A DNA stretch of 64,000 bases from Malacoraja senta (GCA_038087875.1 CM075991.1:4092001-4156000); one strand, 5' to 3'. Shown: positions 12,326-23,399, counted from the first letter of the stretch. Notes: a model not told the origin generated them from the letters alone. Translations and numbers: made by a program.

Positions 12326-12580
12326 TGTGTCGGAAGGAACTGCAGATGCTGGTTTACATTGAAGATATATACAAAATGCTGGGGTAACTCAGCGGGTCAG
12401 GCAGCATCTCTGGAGAGGAGGAATGGGTGACGTTTCGGGTCGAGACCCTTCTTCAGACTGATCTCGACTCGAAATGTCACCCATTCCTTCTCTCCAGAGA
12501 CGCTGCCTGTCCCACTGAGTTACTCCAGCATTTTCTATCTACCTTTGATTTAAACCAGCATCTGCAGTTCTTTCCTACAC
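12326..12580. mobile_element. PLE-derived fold-back element (about 120-bp inverted arms)
   Basis: Left arm 'ggaaggaactgcagatgctggttt...gaatgggtgacgtttcgggtcgaga' is mirrored by 'tctcgactcgaaatgtcacccattcc...aaaccagcatctgcagttctttcc'. Confidence 0.85.
12424..12460 (-). ncRNA. Minimal type-I hammerhead ribozyme motif (PLE-associated)
   Basis: Minus strand reads cagt-CUGAAGA-A-GGGU-cucg-ACCC-GAAA-C-GUC-accca: conserved core, 4-bp stem II, palindromic ACGU in place of stem III, GUC triplet; stem I is only about 2 bp. Confidence 0.6.
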
Positions 12581-13919
12581 GAGTCTTGAATAGTATGGGT
12601 GTCAGAGGTTATGGGGAGAAGGCAGGAGAATGGTGTCGAGACCCTTCTTCAGATGCTTCTTCTGAAATGTCCAAAAGTCACCCATTCCTTCTCTCCAGAG
12701 ATGCTGGCTGTGCCGTTGAGATGCTCCAGCATTTTCTGTCTATCTTCACCTTTCATTTTACTGAGAACAGGAGGAAAAAAGGGGAGCGAGCTCAATAATC
12801 ATTGGGAATTAGGAAGAAACATGACACATAGCTCTCAGTAACCTTCCAACACAGAAGGGGGGGCCATGTGACCTATTGTGCAGAGAGCATTTCTCGGGGA
12901 GAGCAATCTCGTGACTCCAACTCTCCTGCTCCTAATCCACAGCTCTGCAATTTTCTCGCCTTCAAATTTTTATCTGACTCCCTGGAGAAATCTTTCTAAA
13001 ATTAAATCTGCTGCCACTAACCTTCCAGGAGCACAATCCAAACTTGTCATAACTCACTGTGTTACACAACAACTGCTCATTTCACCTCTGGCAGTATTGA
13101 CAATATTGCACTGCTCTCTGACTGTATCGTCGGGAAGCCGCCCAGCCCGGCCCCAGCTATTCCCCCGAAGACCGGGGAAACGAAGAGGGGGTCCGCGAGG
13201 AGCGAGGGTGGTGCGAAACTGAACCGTGGTCGTACCTTCCACGCCCTGAAGGTCGGCTGCGGGAGGTGCCCTGGGACGCAAAACTAAACTAAACCCGAAG
13301 GCTGTTGAGGCCAAGTCAATGGATATTTGTAAGGCAGAGATGGATAGAGTTTTGATTAGTACGGGTCACACGGCTTATGGGGGGGAAGGCAAGACAATGG
13401 GGTTAGGAGGGAAAGAAAGATCAGCCATGATTGAATTGCAGAGTAGGCTTGAGGGGCAGAACAGCCTAATTCTGCTCCTATCACATGAACACTTATGAAC
13501 TCATCCAATTATTTGATTCATTGATACTTTGATCCTGATACATGCACCTACACACAGTGAAATTCTTTGTTTTTGCATACTTGATGGGCCGATTGGCCTA
13601 ATTCTGCTCCTATCACTAATGGAAACTGGCCAGGTGAGGTGAGGGACGTCGGTTCACTGAATGATCCAGCAGATGGCGATGGCTGGAGGCCCAGCGAAAG
13701 CCTGGGGCTCGCCTGGATCGGACACCGCTCCATAAGACCTGGCACAAGGGCCGGAGTATGAAATGTTGGCAATGGCACCAAATCTAGTGACACGTTAAAG
13801 AATTTCACTGTGTTTTGCACATGTGACAATAAAGCATTTTATTTTACTTTTACTCATTTTACCTCCATCTACACCTCACGCTGCCTCGGCGAGGCCAGTA
13901 GCATAATCAAGGGCGTGTC

Positions 13920-14661
13920 AATAGACAATAGACAATAGGCGCAGGAGTAGGCCGTTCGGCCCTTCGAGCCAGCACCGCCATTCATTGTAATCATTACTGA
14001 TCATCCACAATCAGTACCCCGTTCCTGCCTTCTCCCCATATCCCCTGACTCCGCTACTTTTAAAGAGCCCTATCTAGCTCTCTCTTGAAAGCATCCAGAG
14101 AACCTGCCTCCACCGCCCTCCGAGGCAGAGAATTCCTCAGACTCACCACTCTCTGTGAGAAAAAGTGTTTCCTCGTCTCCGTTCAAAATGGCTTACTCCT
14201 TATTCTTAAACTGTGGCCCTTGGTTCTGGACTCCCCCAATACCGGGAACATATTTCCTGCCTCTAGTGTGTCCAAGCCCTTAACAATCTTATATGTTTCA
14301 ATGAGATTCCCTCTCATCCTTCTAAACTCCAGAGTGTACAAGCCCAGCTGCTCCATTCTCTCAGCATATGACAGTCCCGCCATCCCGGGAATTAACCTTG
14401 TAAACCTACGCTGCACTCCCTCAGTAGCAAGAATGTCCTTCCTCAAATTAGGAGACCAAAACTGCACACAATGCTCCAGGTGTGGTCTCACCAAGGCTCT
14501 GTCCAACTGCAGAAGGACCTCTTTGCTCCAATATTCGATTCCTCTTGTTATAAAGGCCAACATGCCATTCGTTTTCTTCACTGCCTGCTGTACCTGCATG
14601 CTTACTTTCATAGACTGATGTACAAGGACCCCCAGATCCCATTGTACTTCCCCTTTTCCCA
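13920..14661 (-). mobile_element. CR1 LINE, 5'-truncated
   Basis: ORF 14183-14749 contains DLGVLVHQSMKVSMQVQQAVKK...LEHCVQFWSP; (CTATTGT)n-type tail at 13920-13938. Confidence 0.92.
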
Positions 14662-15015
14662 ACCCTGGCACCCTGGCCACTCCTCTCTTCCCCCCGCTCC
14701 CATCGGGCAAAAGGCAAAGAAGTGTGAAAACACACACCTCCAGATTCAAGGACCGTTTCTTCCGAGCTGTTATCAGGCAACTGAATCATCCTCTCAACAA
14801 CTCTGCAGCAGTCCTGAACTACTATCTACCTCATTGGTGACCCTCGGACTATCTTTGATCAGACTTTACTGGACTTTATCTTACACTAAACATTATTCAC
14901 ATTATTCCCTTTATCATGTATGTATACACTGTGGGTGGCTCGATTATAATCATGTATTGTCTTTCCGGTGAATGGTTAGCACGCAACAAAAGCTTTTCTC
15001 TGTACCTCAGTACCT
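14662..15015 (+). mobile_element. Rex1/Babar-like LINE 3' fragment
   Basis: Aligns by eye with the 3' part of 28770-29465 ('ctccagattca..ga...gctgttatcaggcaactgaa', 'aaaagcttttc..tgtacctc'). Confidence 0.7.
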
Positions 15016-16099
15016 GACAGTGGCCTTAAATCCATAACCTCCAGATAAATTCTCCTGCTGCAACAATAGTTGTTCCTTATATATTTTATTAATCATTCAT
15101 TCAAAGGATTTGGGTCTCGCTGAAAAATTGCCAGGACCATCCCACACTAACGCAGGCTCTTCGACTTGTGAGATCAATGCGTGAATTCAGAGGGGAATGA
15201 AGCATCAGCCGACAGACTAGAGTGAGTGAGAGTAATTGAATGCTTTCAAGGTTTCTACTGCTATCTTTCCGTCAGCTTTTTATTCCCAGATGCATTTCAG
15301 TTTATTTCTCAAACTTGTGTGGTGGAATATGAATCTACCTGGGTTAAGAACTACGTTCCCCCTGTGAGCACATGGATTTCCTCTGGGTGCTGTGGTTTCT
15401 CCCACAAATGGGAGCTTGATGATCGACATGGACTCGGTGAGTCATCATAAGATCATAAAATCATAAGGTCATATGTGATAGGAGCAGAATTAGGCCATTC
15501 TGGCCCATCAAGTCTACTCCGTCATTCAATCAATGGCTGATCCATCTCTTCCTCCTAACCCCATTCTCCTGCCTTCCCCCCCCCCATAACCTCTGACACC
15601 CGTACTAATCAAGAATAGTAAGATTAAACGAGAACTTACCAAGTTTGAAGTTTGATCTTTATTTTATGAGGAGTTACGTTGGTGATTAGGTGAAGAAGAC
15701 CCGTCAGGGTGCATGCGCGTCAATCTTCAAAGCAGCGGTATGAAATCACAGATAACACAATATTTGAAGTAACATATTAAGATGAGCAACATGAGAACTA
15801 CCATATGACCTTTTTTATGAGAGAGGGTTGGGCGTGGCGGGCACGTAATCACCAACGTAACTCCTCATAAAATAAAGATCAAACTTCAAACTTGGTAAGT
15901 TCTCGTTTAATCTTACTATTTTACTTCGGAGTCACGTTTGTGACTACGTGAAGGGTTCAAAGCTCTGTGATTTTATGCCGCAGATCCAAATCCCGGCTTC
16001 TCACTGCATTGATTGACATTCGATGAGAAACAATCAATAATGCGTTAAACATGAAATGTGAATATCATGCAGTAACAATTGATTTGAATAATCAAAACA

Positions 16100-16960
16100 A
16101 CCAGTAACCCCTCTCTCCCAGGGGAAACTAAACAGGACTTAATCCTGAATTTGCAAACAGCCTCTATCCGATCGACGAATGGTAAAAATTTAAAAAAAAA
16201 ATCATTTGACCACCCGGCACCTATAAAAAATATGGCCGCCGTGAACATCCATCGCCCTAGCCGACGACGTTGCTGCTGCACTAGTGGAAAAAGGATATAT
16301 ACACTTCAATGTTAATACCAGCCTTAATCAACATTTGCCTTAAACCACCTTGAGATAGTCTGCACTAACACTCTCCTGTGTGGCTTCATGTAACTGATAA
16401 ACAATGCTGTTTCCACATTTCTTAAGGTCTTTATAGCTTCAATATAATGAAATTAAATGTGCCATTACACATAAACATGGACCAGTAGGTTATGCTGAAA
16501 CACAATGTTAACAATCCTGTGACACCTGGCCTGCTCTGCTCAAACAGGATGCAATTATATAACATAACATTCTGTTCAGCAACTTCCATCCTGTCTAGCA
16601 GAAGTTTTTGCAAATCTGCACTTGCTATGCTGAACCAATGCCAAGAGCATAACCACTTTCATGATTAGTTTGGCAAATTCAGAGACATGACAGGAACCTA
16701 CTGTCGAAGCATCTTGAGGAACACACTTACATCCCAGATCGCCATATACCTGGGTTTAGGTTTCGAGTTGAAATTCCTTTCATCAATCCAGCTATTATAT
16801 GATGAAACTCAATAGGATCTTTCCTGACCCCATCAAAACTAAACGATGACAAAGCACTTAAAGCTGTATTAATGGTGCTATAACTGAGCCCCTCATCATC
16901 GTAGAGTCCCTTTTGAGTACTCTTTCTCCAGGCTACAGTGAGCATGTCCACCGTTCACCC
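16100..16960 (-). pseudogene. DIRS tyrosine recombinase remnant
   Basis: GLSYSTINTALSALSS (16727-16951 ORF), VVMLLAL, and YPFSTSAAATSS at about 16262-16297 (decayed HSTRAAATS box); frameshifted. Confidence 0.8.
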
Positions 16961-17099
16961 AGACAGTCCTTGCTCCAGGTATGGCCTTCTTAAAACCTGC
17001 AAATTAACAAGTCAATACAATCACATAACAGATGACTTTCCCGTGTTAGCGGATGATCCAGTCAATTTTTAAGCTTGTGAACCACCAAAAAGAGGTTGG

Positions 17100-17360
17100 A
17101 TCCCTAACTGTAACATCAAAGGGAACCATGCTTGATTCGGCCAATTAGGTATTACAAGCACCCCCAAAGCGGCATCGTACTTGATTTCTTGCAGACTCCG
17201 ACCTATTAGGCAAAATGGTAGGAAAATATATAAAACATACCACCCCAATGTAACGTCAAAGTATCAATTGCAACTGCCACCTGGTCTGGTTCCCATGAAA
17301 CCTATTTAGGCTGCTGATGGTTGAACCTTGATGCAAAACAAATCAATATCTGGCATTCAT
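17100..17360 (-). pseudogene. DIRS DNA N6-adenine methyltransferase-like domain remnant
   Basis: DIDLF/ASRFN (1-bp insertion) at about 17321-17350 and LVIPNWPNQAWFP at about 17121-17158, typical of the MT domain after DIRS RNase H. Confidence 0.75.
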
Positions 17361-17399
17361 AAATAAGTACTATATTATTGAACACCTGGTTCAACATCC

Positions 17400-18580
17400 A
17401 ATCTATGTTGTCATGGAACTTTCGTGACTTGTTGTCTGATACTATGTAGAATCTACCTGGTAGATAAATAGCTGAAATATATTTTTCAATGCACCAGGCC
17501 CAAATGTGATTAGCCAATCTGTCACAAAATACCGACTTGATTCCACCGATGTGATTAATATATATGCCACTTGCGTATTATTGTCAATCTGAAACTGAAC
17601 ATGCAGATTACATTTGTTAGAGCAATGAGCCTCTTAATAGTTAATTGCCCATGTCTGCAGAAGCGATGCCTCTTGCTCAGTCCATCTGCCTCCACAGCTG
17701 AAACTCGTATCCGTGACACCCCACCCGAGTGCACTGACATTCATCTGCAAAATCATGGAAGGCTGGTCAAGCATTACCTTGCTATAACTTCTGGACACAT
17801 GGTGAATCCACCATTGCAAATCAGAAATAGCCTTTGCTGATAACTGCATAGGTCTATTATAAAGACCCAAATGTATCCTTAATGCCTCCATTAGCTTGAT
17901 ACACCTGTCAATTAGCTCTACCCTTTTCCCCTGGGCCGAGTCACTTAATTGAATCAATTGTGACCCAAATAGTCAGGTGTTAATTTGGATTACTCTGGAT
18001 GAATAATGCCCAATCTTTGAAAATTGGATTTAACAACTATCACCTGTTACTTCAGCTGTTCTCTTGGATACCCCTGTAATCAAGATATCATCGAGATAAG
18101 CCATGAGCACCTGACCCTGGCCTCTCAGCATGCCTATTATAGATTTTAACAATTTTGTTGCCATCGTTGATCCATCCAGGTGAATTTCAAATATCCTTAT
18201 CCTGCAAATAAACAGACATTGAATAATGCGCATCTTTAAGGTCTATAGTCGCCATATAGCATCCTCTTGACCCAGTTGCTTAGCAGTGACAATTCCATCT
18301 TACAATGTCTATACTATATCCCCCATGCTTTTTTGGCCTGGGAAAATATTAGACCCAAATTGATGGGGTTGGTGAACCATTACACCTTTATCACATAAGC
18401 TTGCAAGCACAGTCTGAACATCCATCTGTTCTGTTAATGAAACTGAATAGTTCTCCCAAGAACATGTTGAATGTGCAAATCACAATTTGGATTGAAATCC
18501 ATTCAAAACCTTTGAATAACATTCTGTATAAAACAGAGCTAAGGTAATTTGCTTCCATTCATCCCAGAAACAGATGTAAT
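17400..18580 (-). pseudogene. DIRS reverse transcriptase / RNase H remnant
   Basis: YMATIDLKDAHYS (about 18220-18258), VLMAYLDDILI (about 18080-18110), DLQWW...SALGWG...GGRW, WAWCIEK...IYLPG; multiple stops and frameshifts. Confidence 0.88.
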
Positions 18581-18649
18581 GTACCCCAGATTTAAGTTGT
18601 GTCACATTTGATATGTGCACCTGAGAATCAGGCCCACCTACCTCCTTGG

Positions 18650-19931
18650 TACCTGGTGGATGTTTGACCATGTTCCCGCTTCGTTTGTAGGGGTACTTTC
18701 TTTTTTTGGAAACTTGCCGACTGCCGGTGGCTTGATCAAGCCCACCGTCTTTGCCTCGTCACCCATGTCCTTGACACTCTTGGCGAGGTCCTCTCCGAAG
18801 AGTAGGTTGGCCGGCTGTATGTTGCTAGGCTGGAAAAATACTGCAATCTTGGAATTATTGGTGGGCCGAATGGCACTTTCCCTGAGACAATTTATCTCAA
18901 AAATGGGTGCTACAAAGCAACCCTAGAACCTCTTGATGCGTCTCCGACACATGCCCTCCATCCACCGTTCTCGCGAACGCCGTGATTCCTGAGCCTAGTA
19001 ATTTCAGGATTTTCTGCAGCTTCATCTCCTGGGCACTACATGCCCACTCCCGTCTGGCTCCATATCACCCGATTCACTGCTGGCACCTTCAGCAACTCGC
19101 AGTTACCCCGTCTCTTGGTGATTCCAGACTCTGACTGGACAGCGAATCGTACTGCCAGAGATAGGAACTCTGACAACGGCCGTCTTCGCTTTCCCAGTGG
19201 CAGCCCATACTCTGACGGGACAGCAAATCGCGTGGCCAGAGAATGGACCTCTGACAACGGCCGTTCTTCGCTATCAACACAGTCTCCGTCAGAGTCGGGT
19301 CAGAACTGAGCTGACCCTCTGCAAGTGCCTTTTAAATGAGGGTGCTATCCAGCAGCCTCTATATCGTGGAGGCCAGCTCTTCTCCCAGTGGCACTCCATA
19401 CTCTGACGGGACAGCGAATCGTGCTGTCAGAGAATGGACCTCTGACAACGGCCGTTCTTCGCAAGTCTCCGTCAGAGTCGGGGTCAGAACTTAGCTGACC
19501 CTCTGCACTCACCTCATGCATGAGGGTGCTTTAAGCAGCCCTCTACCAGGTGCTGCCGGCGTGGCCCTCTACCAGGTGCTGCCGGCGTGGCCTTTCTGCA
19601 GCCTACCGCCCACACAACTCCTCCCCGGAGTGTGCGTTTCTGGACCAACCTCTGGATGAGGTGCACCATTTGGGAGAACCGTTTTACAACGTCTCCAGCC
19701 CCGTACAGGCTCGTTGTGGCCCGACTCAGTTGAGTCCAAGGGCCTCCCAGACTTCCCCGTGCCTTACGCCCGACAGGCGTTGGCTTTGGTGCTTTTTAGC
19801 ACCGAGTCTGAAGTCGCCCCGCTCCCGGTCGGCGACTGTGCAGGGGTACGAGGCAGCCGCTGACAGACCGCATCCCCGCGGCTCTCCTATGCTTTACCTG
19901 CGGCTGCCCTCCCCCTGGTCGTCTTCATCAT
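18650..19931 (-). pseudogene. DIRS gag-like ORF1 remnant with internal tandem duplications
   Basis: LLKVPAVNRVIW and LLFGEDLAKSVKDM segments; position 5' of RT. Confidence 0.6.
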
Positions 19932-20574
19932 GGTGCTGCCTGTAATAAAAAACAGAGCACCACAAAATAAACTTTCCCTCCAGCTAAGATTAGCTGGAGC
20001 TTTAAACTATAAAAGTACTTTAAAAGTACTTGCTACAGGAGGAGCTCTGTCCTCCCCTGCTCGTCTTCACCATGGTGCTGCCTGTGACAAAACACAGAGC
20101 ACAGCACCACAGTAAAGGAAACTGTTTTACTCCAACTAAGTTTGTCACTTAGCTGGAGCTTTAAAATGCTTTAAAAATACTCTAAAAGTACTTACCACGG
20201 GAGGAGCTCTGCCCTCCCGCTGTCCGTGCGCCAATGCGACCGACGTAATGACGCGCATGCGCCCTGACGGGTCTTCTTCACGTAGTCACAAACGTGACTC
20301 CGAAGTAAAATGGGATATTGATTTTGGATGATCAGCCATGATCATATTGAATGGCGTTGCTGGCTCGAAGGGCCGAATGGCCTACTCTTGCACCTATTTT
20401 CTATGTTTCCATGATATGGTGACAAGAATTATTATGCTGTGAAGGGGCAGATTTTCACCCTTAATGCCAGCATACCTCCTGACCTTTGTTTAACATGGAA
20501 CATAGAACATTTCAGCACAGTAACAGGCCAATTGGCCCACAATGTCTGTACCAAACATGATGCCAAGTTTAAAT

Positions 20575-20705
20575 AATAGTAAGATTATACGAGAACTTAC
20601 CAGTTTGAAGTTTGATCTTTATTTTATGAGGAGTTACGTTGAGGAGTTACGTTGAGGGACCACGCGTCAATCTTCAAAGCAGCGGAGTGAAATCACAGAC
20701 AACAC
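20575..20705 (-). mobile_element. Second DIRS 3'-terminal fragment
   Basis: 'aatagtaagattatacgagaacttaccagtttgaagtttgatctttattttatgaggagttacgtt...cgcgtcaatcttcaaagcagcgg' closely matches 15614-15758. Confidence 0.9.
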
Positions 20706-20711
20706 TTTTTT

Positions 20712-21052
20712 TACACGTAGGTTTAGTCGTAGTAGGTCGTAGTACGTCGGCATGTTAGTCGTAGGTAATCGAGGGTAGTCAAGGGTAGTCGAAGGTAGTC
20801 GTAGATAGTCTTCATCATAGTCAAAGGGAGGTCGAAGGAGATCGAAGGAGGTCGTCTTCACTCTCCACTATTTGGTGACCAATTTTCCCGAAGTTAGTCG
20901 TAGCTAGTTGTAGCTAGTCGAAGCTAGTCTTCAACATAGTCGAAGGAGGTCGAAGGAGGTCTTCTACATAGTCGAAGGAGGTCTTCAATGTGTCATTTTT
21001 ATAAAACTCTTCTAAACTCACCAATTAGGTCACCTAAATGGGACAGCCCCTT
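20712..21052. mobile_element. Non-autonomous DNA transposon fragment (one TIR, GTCGWAG subterminal repeats)
   Basis: Ends 'tgggacagcccctt-ta', related to the TIR of 52786-53370; many agtcgtag/ggtcgaag repeats. Confidence 0.65.
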
Positions 21053-22562
21053 TAATTCTTTCCATGCATCTCTTCATTATATCCCCCGCATTCACATTGT
21101 TATCTGCAAACCACCCCTGCATCATGGTACCACATCCATCATCCACCACAGCTTAAGACCATGAGCCATCGGATCAGAACTAGGCCACTCAGCCCATCAA
21201 GTCTACTTGGGCGACCTAATTTTCCCTCTCAACCCTATTCTCCTGCCTTCTCGCCATACCCTTTGATGCCCTTCCTATTAATCACTGCCTTAAAAATACC
21301 CCATGTATTAGCCTCCAAGGCCCACTGGCAATTAATTACACTGATTCATCACCCTCTAGCTAAATAAATTCCTCCATGTCTCCACTTTATTCTGAGACTG
21401 TGCCCTTTGGTTCTAGGCTCTCCCACTAGTGGAAGCATCCTCTGCGGGAGCCGTTGAACCCAACACTCTAATTTTTCTTCATAGTCACCCACCATACCCT
21501 ATTGGCAACACTGCTCACTCCCAGCCTTGAAGGCTACATATTACTGTCTGCACAGCACCTGTGGACATTAAACTGAGAGATTCTACCCGTCAATGGGACA
21601 TAATCAAATAATTCTTTTGCAAGAAGTGCCTTTGCTCAAACCACTGCGGAATACTGTACCACCATGACAGATTCTGCATATAACCAAGATGTACTTTTTT
21701 AAAAGCCTTCTTTAAATACTTGAAGGAGAAAAAGGTTCTGTCATGAAAATTCAATTTGAATTTCAGAGAAAATCTCTCAGGATATCATAGAAAACTAATT
21801 CTCCATTTGCACCACACATAAAGTCCAGCGTATTATGCTTGTGCATTCATAATGCTTCTCCAGATAACATCAGATCTTGACAAGTGTTAAAGGCTTTGCA
21901 AATGGAGGGAGTGCCGTTATGCAATGTCATCTATTTTACTGAAAGACACTGAGGATTTGACTTGGCAGAAGGAACTGGAGAATGAAAAGAGCAACTATAT
22001 TCCCAGTCTAATATTTGTACATCACAACTTTTTCATTGATTTATTATTGCCACATGTAGCTCAACACAGTGAAAACCTTTGTTTGCATACTATCTAGTCA
22101 AATCATTCTGTACATGATTACAATCAAGCCATACATAAGTCCCACAGGTAGTACAGAGAGAAAAAGACCACAATATTTGTCTCAGAATATAGTGCTACAG
22201 CATGGTAATGTTATAGCTCCAGAGAAAATGTTAAGGTTTGCAATGAGGTAGGTTGGAAGATTAAATGTACACCCTAGCGTATGATAGGACTATTCAGTAA
22301 TCTGATGACATCGCGGATGAAGTTCTTCCTGAATCCCGTGGTGTATGCTTTCAAGCTTTTGTATCTTCTGCCCCACGGGAGAGGGAAGAAGAGGGAATGA
22401 CCGGGGTGAAAAATGTCCTTGATTATGTGGCGGCTTTTTCAAGCATTGTGAAGTCTGGATACAGTCGACAATGGGAGGCTGGTCCCTGTATGATGCACTG
22501 AGCGATATTTACAATTCTGCAATTTCTTACAATAGTGGGCAGAGCAGCTGCTAAATCAGGTG

Positions 22563-22803
22563 TTACATAGATACATAGAAAATAGGTGCAGGAATAGGCC
22601 ATTCGGCCCTTCGAGCCTGCACCGCCATTCAATATGATCATGGCTGATCATCCAACTCAGTATCCCGTACATGCCTTCTCTCCATACCCCCTGATCCCCT
22701 TAGCCACAAGGGCCACATCTAACTCCCTCTTAAATATAGCCAATGAACTGGCCTCAACTACCCTCTGTGGCAGAGAATTCCAGAGATTCACCACTCTCTG
22801 TGT
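22563..22803 (-). mobile_element. CR1 LINE 3' end
   Basis: Same 3' UTR family as 13920-14160. Confidence 0.85.
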
Positions 22804-23159
22804 TGATGCATATCAATAGGATGGTTAAAAGAGTGCAATTGTAGGGGTTCATAAGTTCATCAGCGGAATTAGACCTTTCGGACCATCGTGTCTACTTTGC
22901 CATTTAATCATGGCTGATCTATCTTTCCCTCTCAACCCTGTTCTGCTGCCTTCTCCCTGTAACCTTGAACATACTCCTCCTGACCACAGACCGTTGAAAG
23001 CAGTTAATCTTACAGGCATGACTGTTGGTAAGAGTCGCTGGAGGCCAGCTGAAATTCTTTAGTCTTCAGAGGTTTTGAGATTTGAGTCTCGAGATTCAGT
23101 TTTGCAGTTGAAAACAATTAGCATCCTGGAGTGACATCTCCTAGTTGGTGCATAAGTTT

Positions 23160-23392
23160 AATGTTTCAATAAGATACCCTCTCATCCTTCTAAATTCCAG
23201 AGTATACAAGCCCAGCCACTCCATTCTGTCAGCATATGACAATCCCGCCATCCCGGGAATTAACCTTGTGAACCTACGCTGCACTCCCTATATAGCAAGG
23301 AAGTCCTTCCTCAAATTTGGAGACCAAAACTGCACACAATACTCCAGGTGTGATCTCACTACAGCCCTGTACAACTGCAGAAGGACCTCTTT
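23160..23392 (-). mobile_element. CR1 ORF2 fragment
   Basis: EVLLQLYRAVVRSHLEYCVQFWSPNLRKD. Confidence 0.88.
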
Positions 23393-23399
23393 ATGTCTC

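Larger units (their letters stand above)
15614..20310 (-). mobile_element. DIRS1-type tyrosine-recombinase retrotransposon, structurally complete with degenerate ORFs
   Basis: Inverted terminal repeats 15690-15722 / 20249-20281; internal complementary region 15842-15953 complementary to both extremities; gag, RT, RNase H, methyltransferase and YR remnants in the expected order. Confidence 0.93.

Noticed and set aside
20712..20990. Regularly spaced GTCGWAG repeats resembling a CRISPR or iteron array
   Set aside because: About 10-bp period with no unique spacers, eukaryotic context, and adjacent to a MITE TIR, so these are subterminal transposon repeats
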